Below, piece by piece: positions 13,077 through 22,441 of a DNA stretch of 64,000 nt. A program made the position numbers and the translations under genes. The first letter of the stretch is position 1, and every line of letters starts with the position of its first letter. The notes beneath the pieces are model-generated. The model was not told the DNA's origin. It was given only the letters and a program-made list of their open reading frames with translations, and did not search any database. Origin of the DNA: an uncultured Gemmatimonadales bacterium. GTDB lineage: Bacteria > Gemmatimonadota > Gemmatimonadetes > Gemmatimonadales > GWC2-71-9. The stretch covers positions 2,016,001 through 2,080,000 of the forward strand of contig CAWHFW010000005.1 of NCBI GenBank assembly GCA_963828735.1. The letters run 5' to 3'.

Positions 13077-15913
13077 CGCCGGCACCAGTCCGCCACGGCG
13101 TGCAGCCGTGCGGTCGCGGGGAAGAATCCCGGCTCGGCATGCGACCACGCCTCCTCGAGACGCGTCGCATGGTCACACGCGGCCTCGCGCCGGTTTTCCC
13201 GCCGATCGAGCTCGGCTCGAAGCAGCCGCGCGTACGACCCGAGCGCCCAGTCGACGTCAGCCGGCTGCGCCTCCGCGCTGGGCCAGCCCACCGCGTCCGT
13301 ATTCTCGTACCAGAGCCAGCTGCGGTCGGCCTCGTCGGCTCGGCCGTTCAGGCCGCGCCACCACTGACCGCGCAGCAGGTGCAGCGTCGCACGAAAGAAC
13401 GGATCCGGCGCCGCGCCGGCCGAATCCACCGCGAGCGCCGGTGCCGAGAGGTGGAGGGCGGCAGGCGAATCCCCCTGAGCCGCGGCGCTCATCGCGGCGA
13501 GCAGCAGCCCGAGCGGGCCATCCTCGGGCTCCCGCTCGGTTACGACAGCCCGCCAGCTGTCTGCCTCGACCGCGTCGCCCCGGGCCAATGCATCCACGCC
13601 AAGCGCCCAGGCCGCGCGGGCGGTGGTGTCATGGTCGTTGAGCGTGACGAGCGCGCGCCGGCCTTCCTCGCGCTCGGCATCGGTGATCCCCGGTACGCCA
13701 AGCGCGGGCAGGAGCACCCTCCACTCGGCTGCCTGCTGGTGGGCCTCGCCGGGCTCGGGGAACAGGCCGGCGGCCGAATCGAGCTGCGCGAGCGCCCCGT
13801 GCGGCCGGCCCAGCGCTACCAGGGCGACTCCCTGCGCGAGATGCCCGCTCGCCCGGTCGATCGCGGTGGCCTCGTCGGGCGCCGTGAGCCGCCGGCCGAA
13901 TTCGAGCTCGAACGCCGGGAGGTCGAAGGCGAGCGCGCCGCGCGCGGCGAGCGAAAGCGCTTTGGGCGACGCGAGCAGCCCGCCAGCCGCGGGATCGAGC
14001 TTCCCGGGGCTGAAGCGCGCGGTCGAGGCGAGCCTCAGGAACTCCGGCAGGAAGATCTCGGACTCCTCGGGGCGGCCCGCCGTGCGCTCGAGCGAGTCGA
14101 GCGCCCGGGACGCTTCCTCCTTCCGACCGAGGCGAATGAGGGCCCAGGTAAGGTGCTCCCACGCCGGCGCCAGGCGCGGATTGGCCGCCGCGGCGCGCGC
14201 GAGCATGCGTGCGGCCTCCTCGAGCGGCCGGCCCGCGAGCGGGCCCCGGTGAAACAGCTCGTCACCGTAGAGCAGCATCGCCGTGGCGTTGGCGGTGTCC
14301 GAGGCGAGCGCGGACTCGTACGCGGCGAAGCGAGCGCCGCCGGACGGCGCGAATTGCGCGGCGATCAACAGGCTGTCGGTCCGCGGCAGGTCCCTGCCGT
14401 GCTGCGCGAACAGGTCGCGAAAGTTGTCGGGGAAGGGCGGCGTCGGACGGAGGGGCATCCAGCGCCGCGCGTTGCCCAGCCTCCAGGCGGCGAGCAGGAA
14501 CGTGGAGTCGATCGCCAGGGCATTGGCGTAATGGCGCTCGGCCGCGAGCCATGCGTCGTGCTCTACCGCCTCCTCGCCCTTCATGTACTCGAGGACCGCC
14601 GCACGGGAGAGCCGAATGCCCCCTCCGGGCATGAGCGGACCCAATCCCCTGCCCATGGTCGCGACGAGCAGTCCGCCCAGCGAATCGACGAGTGCGAAAT
14701 GGTCCCCCGAATCGCCGACGACGGCGGTGTCGAGCAAGGGCTTGCCGAGAGAATTCACCAGCGAGCCATGGATCTCGAGGCGCCCAGCGCTCCGCGTCAC
14801 GAAGCCGGAGACGCCAAAGGTGGCGCCCAACTCCGGTGTGAGGGTCCGAGATCGCATGGCCGTGGGCTCCCTCGATGCCCGCCAGGCCGTCGCGACCTCG
14901 GTGCTTGGCGGCATCCGGATCCCTGGAAGCGGCTCGAAGTACGACCGGGTTGCTCGGGTCAGCTCTCCGGCGAGACTCGTATCTCCGAGGGTCTCGTACG
15001 GGAAGACGACGACATCATACGCCGTGACCCGGCCCCACTTGTGGAGGTACACGGCCGCCACGACAACCAGCAGGGCGACCACGAGCAGCGACGGGAGCCC
15101 GAGAGGCGCTTGCCAGGTCGATGAGGGGCGTTCGAGCGAGACCAGGAATTCCTGGCCCGTGGACCACCGTTCCGCCGGATGGCTCCGAAGGGCCTTGGTC
15201 AGTGCCGCGCGGAGATGGCGAGTCACGCCCGGCCACTCCGCCTGCTCGACGCCGTGCAGCCGATCCCAGGGGTGACCGGTGGATGCCTCGTACAGGACCG
15301 CGCCAAGGGAGTAGAGGTCCGACAGCTTCGTGGCCTCCCGACCGGCTGCCTGCTCGGGGGCCATGTAGCGCGGTGTTCCCGGCAGCTCGTTCGGAGTGGT
15401 GAGCGTGTCATCAACGCTGTGGGGGACCGCCACGATCCCGAAGTCGCCGAGCAGGGCGCTGCCGTGCTCGAGAAAGATGTTGGACGGCTTGATATCCCGG
15501 TGGATGAAGCCCTGAGGATGCATCGCGCCGAGCGCCGACAGGACGTCCCGTGCGACGGCGATGGTCTCGGCCTCGGGGAGCCGACCATCGCGAAGGCGAT
15601 CCGCCAGCGTCCCCCCGTTCATCAGCGCCATGACGTAGTACGGGATGCCGTCCGCCACGTCGGCTTCGTAGACGGGGACGATGTTCGGATGGGTGAACCG
15701 CGCGGTGGTGCGCGCCTCCCGCAGGAATCGCTCGGCGAGGACGGCGGTCGCGCGCTCCGGCGGGAGGATCTTGATGGCCACCGGACGCTCGAGCACCGCG
15801 TCCCACCCCACGAAGACGATACCCATGCCGCCGGCGGCGAGCTCGCGCTCGACGACGATCCGCGGGGCAAGCGCGGCACGAAGGCGATGAAGGACCGACG
15901 GCGGTTGGCCCAT
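13073..15913 (-). CDS. Ser/Thr receptor kinase - TM - TolB_N-like - TPR
   Basis: [48 protein letters not shown]. Confidence 0.92.
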   Translation of the reverse strand: MGQPPSVLHRLRAALAPRIVVERELAAGGMGIVFVGWDAVLERPVAIKILPPERATAVLAERFLREARTTARFTHPNIVPVYEADVADGIPYYVMALMNGGTLADRLRDGRLPEAETIAVARDVLSALGAMHPQGFIHRDIKPSNIFLEHGSALLGDFGIVAVPHSVDDTLTTPNELPGTPRYMAPEQAAGREATKLSDLYSLGAVLYEASTGHPWDRLHGVEQAEWPGVTRHLRAALTKALRSHPAERWSTGQEFLVSLERPSSTWQAPLGLPSLLVVALLVVVAAVYLHKWGRVTAYDVVVFPYETLGDTSLAGELTRATRSYFEPLPGIRMPPSTEVATAWRASREPTAMRSRTLTPELGATFGVSGFVTRSAGRLEIHGSLVNSLGKPLLDTAVVGDSGDHFALVDSLGGLLVATMGRGLGPLMPGGGIRLSRAAVLEYMKGEEAVEHDAWLAAERHYANALAIDSTFLLAAWRLGNARRWMPLRPTPPFPDNFRDLFAQHGRDLPRTDSLLIAAQFAPSGGARFAAYESALASDTANATAMLLYGDELFHRGPLAGRPLEEAARMLARAAAANPRLAPAWEHLTWALIRLGRKEEASRALDSLERTAGRPEESEIFLPEFLRLASTARFSPGKLDPAAGGLLASPKALSLAARGALAFDLPAFELEFGRRLTAPDEATAIDRASGHLAQGVALVALGRPHGALAQLDSAAGLFPEPGEAHQQAAEWRVLLPALGVPGITDAEREEGRRALVTLNDHDTTARAAWALGVDALARGDAVEADSWRAVVTEREPEDGPLGLLLAAMSAAAQGDSPAALHLSAPALAVDSAGAAPDPFFRATLHLLRGQWWRGLNGRADEADRSWLWYENTDAVGWPSAEAQPADVDWALGSYARLLRAELDRRENRREAACDHATRLEEAWSHAEPGFFPATARLHAVADWCRR

Positions 15914-15986
15914 GAGCCCGGGAGTTGTCGAGTGGATTCCCCAATACTGCGTGTCGCCAGGCGTCCCGGCAACCGCGGCGACCCGC

Positions 15987-16018
15987 TTGAGGCCCAATTG
16001 ACCGCCGGGCGGCAGCTT
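15987..16018 (+). promoter_or_regulatory. TTGA-N7-TTGA direct repeat plus -10-like hexamer
   Basis: TTGAGGCCCAA-TTGACCGCCGGGCGG-CAGCTT upstream of 16045. Confidence 0.5.
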
Positions 16019-16044
16019 CGGTGCACCTGTCACCGGAGCCTCCC

Positions 16045-16431
16045 ATGTCGGTTCGCGCCCTACGTCGGCCCTGCCCACGCCGGGCTGCCACCCTCGTCCT
16101 CGTCCTGCTGGGCGCCTGCACCAGCTGGCGGGTGCAGCCCGTCGCCCCCGTGGAGCTGCTCGGCCAGTCCACGCCGTCCGAGGCGCGAGTGCGGCTCCAC
16201 GACGGCCGGAAGGTGATCGTCCGCCAGCCGCGGCTCCGCTCCGACTCCGTGGTGAGCGGGTTTCCGGGCGACAGCTCCGCGCTGGCCGTCGCCGGGATCG
16301 ACAGCATCGAGCTCAGAAAGGGTGACGCGGCGAAGTCGATCGGGCTCGTGCTGCTCATCGTCGGCACGCCAGCCATTCTCTGTGCCGCCACGTGCGAGTT
16401 CGGCCCCGACTTCTCCGCGCCCATCGAGTGA
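16045..16431 (+). CDS. Hypothetical lipoprotein with C-terminal hydrophobic segment
   Basis: GGAG RBS; lipobox LGAC; C-terminal TM-like stretch. Confidence 0.7.
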   Translation: MSVRALRRPCPRRAATLVLVLLGACTSWRVQPVAPVELLGQSTPSEARVRLHDGRKVIVRQPRLRSDSVVSGFPGDSSALAVAGIDSIELRKGDAAKSIGLVLLIVGTPAILCAATCEFGPDFSAPIE

Positions 16432-16439
16432 GTCGGCTC

Positions 16440-16471
16440 TTGAGTCATCCTTGACTGCTGCATGGCATCGT
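16440..16471 (+). promoter_or_regulatory. TTGA-N7-TTGA direct repeat plus -10-like hexamer
   Basis: TTGAGTCATCC-TTGACTGCTGCATGG-CATCGT upstream of 16513. Confidence 0.5.
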
Positions 16472-16512
16472 CTCTCGCGGGCGTTGGTCGACACCCCCCG
16501 AGCGGAGGAGCC

Positions 16513-17160
16513 ATGTCACGCACACCCCGAGTTCTTCGAACCGTCAGTCTCGGACCGAACCTCACCGGCCAGGGACATCCAAACCTGCGGATCCTGCTCG
16601 GCAGTCTGTGCCTGTTGGCTGTCACGCTCGGATCGCCACCCGCCGCGGCAGGCCAGACCTGCTTCCGTGGCCGACCGGAGCCAAGGTGCAGCGGCTTCAC
16701 GGTGTTGGAGTTCACAACCGCCATCCGCCTCAATCAAAAGCCCGCCCCGACGGACGAGGGCATGGTGTTGGGCTACTGGAGTGGCGGCTATCTGAGGAAC
16801 ATCGGCCAGCGATCCGCGTTGGGAGCGGCGTTCAAGCTCACGGGCGACACCGACGGCTACCGGTACGGGCCGGTGCTACGGTACCGTCGCTGGCTCAGTC
16901 CTACCTCCAGCATCGACTTCTCCCCGGGGCTCTTCGTGGCGGGGAAAGACAACTTCACCGCCTTGCGGTTCCCGAGTCCCACGGCCGACGTCGCCTTGAA
17001 TTATCGCGACTGGGTGGGGCTCGCTCTCGGCGTCGATGCGCTTCGGCAGGCTGACGGAGGTACCCATTGGCAGTGGCACGCGGGGATGCGGCTCGGCACG
17101 TGGCTCGCACCCCTCGCCACGCTCGGGCTCTTCGTCCTGGCGGCGGCAACGTACGACTAG
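16513..17160 (+). CDS. Hypothetical exported protein (beta-strand rich, possible small outer-membrane barrel)
   Basis: GGAGGAG RBS; signal peptide ending AAAGQ; amphipathic beta pattern; N-terminal Cys pair. Confidence 0.7.
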   Translation: MSRTPRVLRTVSLGPNLTGQGHPNLRILLGSLCLLAVTLGSPPAAAGQTCFRGRPEPRCSGFTVLEFTTAIRLNQKPAPTDEGMVLGYWSGGYLRNIGQRSALGAAFKLTGDTDGYRYGPVLRYRRWLSPTSSIDFSPGLFVAGKDNFTALRFPSPTADVALNYRDWVGLALGVDALRQADGGTHWQWHAGMRLGTWLAPLATLGLFVLAAATYD

Positions 17161-17254
17161 GCAGACGACAAGATGGGCGGACCGCTGCTACCAGGCGGCC
17201 AGGGTCCGGGGCTGAGTGTTCGCAAGACGCGATGATCTCATGCGGTGAGTTCAC

Positions 17255-17286
17255 TTGACGGCGCCTTGAGCGGACATGCACACCGT
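17255..17286 (+). promoter_or_regulatory. TTGA-N7-TTGA direct repeat plus -10-like hexamer
   Basis: TTGACGGCGCC-TTGAGCGGACATGCA-CACCGT upstream of 17343. Confidence 0.5.
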
Positions 17287-17342
17287 TGGGTCACAGCTGG
17301 GCCGGCACCCTGCCGGCCCCTACCCATGCCAGGAGGCTCTCA

Positions 17343-17765
17343 ATGCGTCGGCTCGCACTCGTTCTTGCTGGCCTCAGCTTCACTACCGGCTGTGTTCACA
17401 CGGGCGCTACGATGCTGAACGCGTCGGCGAAGCTTCCACCGATCTGCCCCGAGGGAGTTCAGTTGTTTACGGGCGCCGAAAAAGTCGGCCAGCAGTATCA
17501 CGAAATTGCCGTCCTCACCTCCAACGGGGACGCCGACATGACCTCCGCGGAGGGCATGGCCAACTCACAGCGGAAGAAGGCGGCAAAGCTCGGAGCCAAC
17601 GGCGTCATCCTGGGGGAGCAGAAGGATCCGAGCACCGGCGCGAGGATCGCCGATGCCTTCCTGGGCACGGGCGCCGTGCGGAAGGGCAAGTCAATAGCCA
17701 TTTACATCCCGGCTGACAGCTCTCGCGTCCAGGAAGCCTGCGGGGCGAAGGTTGCGAGGCGGTAG
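17343..17765 (+). CDS. Hypothetical lipoprotein (YbjQ-like fold possible)
   Basis: AGGAGG RBS; lipobox-like TTGC; RKKAAKLGANGVIL motif. Confidence 0.75.
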   Translation: MRRLALVLAGLSFTTGCVHTGATMLNASAKLPPICPEGVQLFTGAEKVGQQYHEIAVLTSNGDADMTSAEGMANSQRKKAAKLGANGVILGEQKDPSTGARIADAFLGTGAVRKGKSIAIYIPADSSRVQEACGAKVARR

Positions 17766-17862
17766 GCCGACAGTGCTTACCTGGGCCCGGCTCAAGGCCA
17801 ACCCGCGGTCCTGCGACCGGCCGCGGGCGGGTGAGTCGGCAACGGAGCCTTCGCTCCCTCTC

Positions 17863-17913
17863 CTCTTGACAATCTAGAGAAGACCCCGCATGGTCCCTCC
17901 AGTCTATCTGGAG
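17863..17913 (+). promoter_or_regulatory. sigma70-type promoter with two palindromic candidate PadR operators
   Basis: TTGACA(17866)-17 nt-CATGGT(17889); 17-mers CTCTTGACAATCTAGAG (17863) and CTCCAGTCTATCTGGAG (17897). Confidence 0.65.
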
Positions 17914-17920
17914 GACGACC

Positions 17921-18262
17921 GTGGCGACACCCGCCGATCTGCTCCCCGGCACCCTCGAGCTCCTGGTCCTGAAGGCGCTGTCCCTCGAGCCGATGCACGG
18001 CTGGGGCATCGGCCAGCGGATCGACCAGCTCTCCCGCGACGTGTTCAAGGTCCAGCAGGGCTCGCTCTATCCCGCGCTTCAGCGGATGCTCCGGAAAGGC
18101 TGGATCGGGTCCGAGTGGCGCGCGAGCGAGAATGGCCGCCGCGCCCGGTACTACGCCCTCACCGCACGCGGCCGGCGCCAGCTCGAGGCCGAAACCGCGG
18201 CCTGGCGACGCACCGCCGCCGCGGTGGACGGGATCCTCCGGGTCCGGCTGGCCGACCTGTGA
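17921..18262 (+). CDS. padR: PadR family transcriptional regulator (acidobacterial type)
   Basis: GTLELLVLKAL...HGWGI...GSLYPALQR...RRARYYALT. Confidence 0.93.
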   Translation: MATPADLLPGTLELLVLKALSLEPMHGWGIGQRIDQLSRDVFKVQQGSLYPALQRMLRKGWIGSEWRASENGRRARYYALTARGRRQLEAETAAWRRTAAAVDGILRVRLADL

Positions 18263-20881
18263 TCGCCGACCTCCTGGAGCGGCTCCGGGCGCTGCTCTTC
18301 CGTCGCCGGTGGCAGCGCGATCTGGACGAGGAGCTCCGCTTCCATCTCGAGCAGGACGAGGCCGCGCGCATCCGGGCCGGTGCCGACGCCGCGACGGCCC
18401 GCCGCGAAGCCCTGCTCGCGTTCGGCGGCGTCGAGCAGTGGCGCGAGGCCACTTTCGACGCGAGCGGTGTACGCCCGCTCCACGATCTCGCGGCCGACGT
18501 TCGCTTCACCCTGCGCGGCCTCCGGCGCAATCCCGGCTTCACCGCCACGGCGGTCCTGGTGCTCGCGCTGGCCATCGGCGCCGCCACCGCGGTGTTCAGC
18601 GTCGTGCGCACGGTGCTCCTGAGCGACCTGCCGTATCCCCACGCCGACCGGCTAGTGCGGGTGTACGAGCAGAACTCGCCGACCAACCGCTGGACCCTCT
18701 CGGTGGTGGACGTCCAGGCGATTCGCGAGCAGCAGCGGAGCCTCGATGCCTTCGGCGCCGCGCGCATGGGCGTGGCCGGGCTCGCGGGCGGCGGCGAGCC
18801 GGAGCAAGTCGCCGTCGCCTGGGTCACGTCCGGTCTCTTCTCAGCGCTCGGCACCACGCCGGCCGCCGGCCGCCTCATCGAGGCCGGCGACGAGCGCCCC
18901 GACGCACCGCCGGTGCTCGTGGTCTCCGCGCGGCTGGCGGCGGAGCGCCTCGGCGGCGTCCGGGCGGCGGTCGGCCGCACCCTGTCGCTCGACGGCGTGA
19001 GCCACACCGTCGTCGGCGTGCTGCCGCCCGGCCTGGACGAGCTCGCTGGCATGCAGGCCGCGGCGTGGCCGGTGCTCAAGACCTCGACGCCCACCCGGCG
19101 CGGGCCGTTCGGGCTCCGCGGCATCGGGCGGCTCAAGCCTGGAATCGCCCTCGACGACGCGGCCCGCGATCTCGCCGGGATCAGCGAGCGCATCTATCCG
19201 CTCTGGCGCGCCGGTTTTCGGGACAGCGTCGCCCGGCTCACCCCCTATTCGCTCCGCGACTCCATCGTGGGCGGCGCCACTCAACAGCTCCGGCTCTTTG
19301 CCGGCGCGGTGCTGCTGGTCCTGCTCGGCGCGCTCGCCAACGTCGCCACGCTCCTCTTGGTGCGGGTCTCGTCGCGCGGTCACGAGCTCGCGGTCCGCGC
19401 GACGCTCGGCGCGTCCCGGCCCAGGCTCGCGCGCCTGGTGCTCACGGAAGGGCTGGTGCTCGCGGGGCTGGCCACGCTCGCCGGCATCGGGCTCGCCGCG
19501 TTGGGACCCCGGCTGGTGAACGCGATCGCGCCGCAGCTGCCGCGCGCGCACGAAATCGTGCTGGACGCCCGCGCAGTCGCCGTTGCCGTGGCGCTCGGCG
19601 CGGCGAGCGGGCTCCTGGTGAGCCTCTCTCCGGTCGCGGCCGTGCTCGGCGGCCGCCTCGTGTCGCTGCGCGCGGAAGGGCGCCGAGCCGGAGGCACGCG
19701 GTGGACCGGTACGGTGCGGGGCGTCCTGGTGGCGGCGGAGTTCGCGCTGGCCATCCCGCTGCTCCTGGCCGCCGCGCTTCTGGCCAACAGCCTCCTGCGC
19801 TTGCAGCGGGTCGATCCCGGCTACGACGCCGGGTCGAGCTTCACCGTCTGGCTGGCGCCCCCGGCGGTACGCTATCCGGACACCACCGAGGTGCGGAAGT
19901 TCTGGCGCGGAGCGGTCGCCTCGGCGCTGGAGACGCCGGGTGTCGTCGCCGCGGGGCTCGCGACCTCGGCGCCACCCGACAACCAGGGCGACGTCAACAA
20001 CTTCAACCTGATCGCCCACCCGGTGGCCGAGGGCGGCGCCGAGCCGACCTCGCCGTGGTCGTCGGTCACGCCGGGCTTCTTCGCCGCGCTGGGCATCCCG
20101 CTGGTGGAGGGTCGACTCTTCGGCGATGCCGATTCCGCCGGCGCGCCGCCCGTGGCCGTCGTGAGCCGCTCGTGGGCCTCGCGTTACTTCCCGCGCGAGA
20201 GCGCGATCGGGCAGCAGATGGTGGAGGGCGGCTGCTACGAGTGCTCCCGAACGACGATCGTCGGCATCGTGGGCGACGTGAAGTACCAGGGTCTCGCCGG
20301 GAACGGCGAAGGCGTGTACACGCCGCTGCTGCAGTCGCAGTCCCGCACGGCGGCGTTGTTCGTGCGGACCGGCGCCGCGCCCGCAGAGCGTCACGGCTCC
20401 CGTGCTGGAGCGCCTCAGGGCTCTGGATCCCGAGTTGCCGCTCTCGGCCCGGCTCATGACCGACGAGCTGCGCCGCGCGCTCGCCGATCCGGCCCGGTGG
20501 ACGGCCGTGCTCTCGGCCTTCGGGGCGGCGGCGCTCGCGCTCTCGGCGTTGGGGATCTTCGGGCTGGTGTCCTACCTGGTGCGGCGACAGCGGCGGGAGA
20601 TCGGCGTGCGGCTCGCGCTGGGCGCCGAGCCGCGCGCCATCCTGCGGATGGTCCTCGCACGCGGCATGCGCTACGTGATCGCGGGAACCCTGGTCGGCCT
20701 CGTCCTTACGGTGGTGAGCGGGCGCTGGCTGGGCTCACTGCTCTACGAGGTGGGGCCGAACGATCCGCTGACTCTGGGCAGCGTCACGGCGATGCTGCTG
20801 ATCGCCGCGCTGGCGGCGTGCCTCGTCCCGGGCCTCAGGGCCGCGCGGATTCGGCCGGTCGAGGCGATGGCCGAGGAGTAG
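18259..20881 (+). CDS. ADOP/MacB-FtsX duplicated ABC permease (frameshift at ~20380)
   Basis: DLDEELRFHLE N-terminus, LRRNPGF, REIGVRLALGA, RAARIRP. One extra C in a C-run splits it across two ORFs. Confidence 0.9.
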
Positions 20882-20896
20882 CCGTCTGGGTCGCGC

Positions 20897-21502
20897 TCAA
20901 TCGGGCCGAAAGAAGTCCCACGTCTCGAGCCCCGGCGCGATCGTCGCCTGTCCCACCACCCGGTACCCCATGTGCCGGTACAGCGCCACGTTCCGCTCGC
21001 TCTCGGTGCTGAGCGTCACCCCGCGCGAATCCGCCCGATCCCGCGACATCGCATGCACCTTCTCCAGCAGCGTCCGCGCGAGCCCGCGCCTCTGATGATC
21101 GGGCACCACGGCCAGCATGTTCACGTGGATGTTCGGCTCGTCCACCCCGGTCGACTCCCACGCCCGCACGCAGTCGTCGAAGCGCGCCCGCGCATCCGCA
21201 CCGAGCGCGGCCCAGGTCCGCTCGCGGAGCGGCTCGAGCTCCGGCGGCTCGACCCCGCCGGGCAGGGTACACACCGCGGCGGCGACCAGCTCGCCGCCCT
21301 CCGAGATCCCCAGGATCGGGTCATCCTGCAGCACCCGCGCGCCGTGGAAGAAGCCGATGAGCGTGCGGTGCCGCGCGGCGTAGTCGCCCCGATCACCCAC
21401 GATGTAACGCATCACGGGGTAGTCGACGAAGGCCTCGCACAGCACGCGGACGACTTCGTCCGCGGTGGCTCGGCCGTCGAGCAGTCGGGGAGCGTCGGTC
21501 AT
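20897..21502 (-). CDS. GNAT family N-acetyltransferase
   Basis: LAVVPDHQRRGLARTLL acetyl-CoA motif; NVALYRHMGY. Confidence 0.88.
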   Translation of the reverse strand: MTDAPRLLDGRATADEVVRVLCEAFVDYPVMRYIVGDRGDYAARHRTLIGFFHGARVLQDDPILGISEGGELVAAAVCTLPGGVEPPELEPLRERTWAALGADARARFDDCVRAWESTGVDEPNIHVNMLAVVPDHQRRGLARTLLEKVHAMSRDRADSRGVTLSTESERNVALYRHMGYRVVGQATIAPGLETWDFFRPD

Positions 21503-21586
21503 GGAGAGGAAACTTAGACTCGCCAAGGGCCGTCGCACTCGCCCGCGCAGTGTACCGCAAGCCTCATCGACCGAACTGCGCCCGCC

Positions 21587-22207
21587 CTAGAAGCGGAATC
21601 CCAGGCCGACCCCGAGGGATATCGGGTCCATCTTCAGGCTGGCCAGCGGGGCTCCCCCGTTCTCGAGATCCGCCGTCATGCCGTTCCATCGGAGGTCCAC
21701 GTTCAGGAGCGCCGTGGGCGACAGCTCCCAGTCCGCTCCCAACTGCAAGGCCGGCCCGACGCTCGCCGGCATGTCCGTGGAGTCCAGCTCGCCGCTCTTC
21801 TCCCACGCCACGGTGAGGTTGACTCCTGCGCCGGCATAGGGGCGCAGCCTCCCGCTGGTCGGCAGCCGGAGCTGGACCAGGAGGTTCAGCGGCAACAGCT
21901 CCAGCGACCCGAGGCGGTGGTCCTCCCCGGTGGGAACGAGGGCGTCGACCTCGCGGGACTCGGTCCGGACGGTCAGCTCGGCACCGAGGACGCGGCTCAA
22001 GGTCCGCCGGAGCGAGGCCTCGAGCGTGATGGCACTGTAGACCTTGTAGCCGGTCGGCTCGGACTCGTCCGAGCTGCCGGTCGCCAGGACGCGAGTAGTG
22101 AAGGTCCACGCTGGGGCATCCGATGCTCGATCCTGGGCGGCGATCCGGGTGGGCGCGGCTCCGCCCAGGATCCCGGCCACCGCCACCCCGATCCAGCGAT
22201 GTAACAT
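21587..22207 (-). CDS. ompW: OmpW family outer membrane protein
   Basis: Signal peptide; RPYAGAGVNLT, GPALQLGAD and DPISLGVGLGFRF motifs. Confidence 0.85.
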   Translation of the reverse strand: MLHRWIGVAVAGILGGAAPTRIAAQDRASDAPAWTFTTRVLATGSSDESEPTGYKVYSAITLEASLRRTLSRVLGAELTVRTESREVDALVPTGEDHRLGSLELLPLNLLVQLRLPTSGRLRPYAGAGVNLTVAWEKSGELDSTDMPASVGPALQLGADWELSPTALLNVDLRWNGMTADLENGGAPLASLKMDPISLGVGLGFRF

Positions 22208-22441
22208 GGCGTCCTCCCCGATGCCTTGAGGCCGTCGGCCGGGCGAGCCTGATGGCTGCGCCGGTGTGGCGGTACTGGGCATTCTAGGCGCCGTCGGGTG
22301 AAGCGATGGTGAAGGCTGACGGAGGCCGGTCTCACGGAAACCCGATTCGCTGCGGTGCCGTTGACCCATCAGGGCGCGGTAGCAGTAACCCACCGGCCGG
22401 AATAGATTTAGCGCTCCAAAACCCCGATCCAAGGCAGCACG

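Noticed and set aside
12755..15124. Long antisense or alternative-frame ORFs (also 28949-31549, 50151-52325, 61699-63576)
   Set aside because: These are shadow ORFs typical of high-GC DNA, opposite clear genes and without recognisable motifs.
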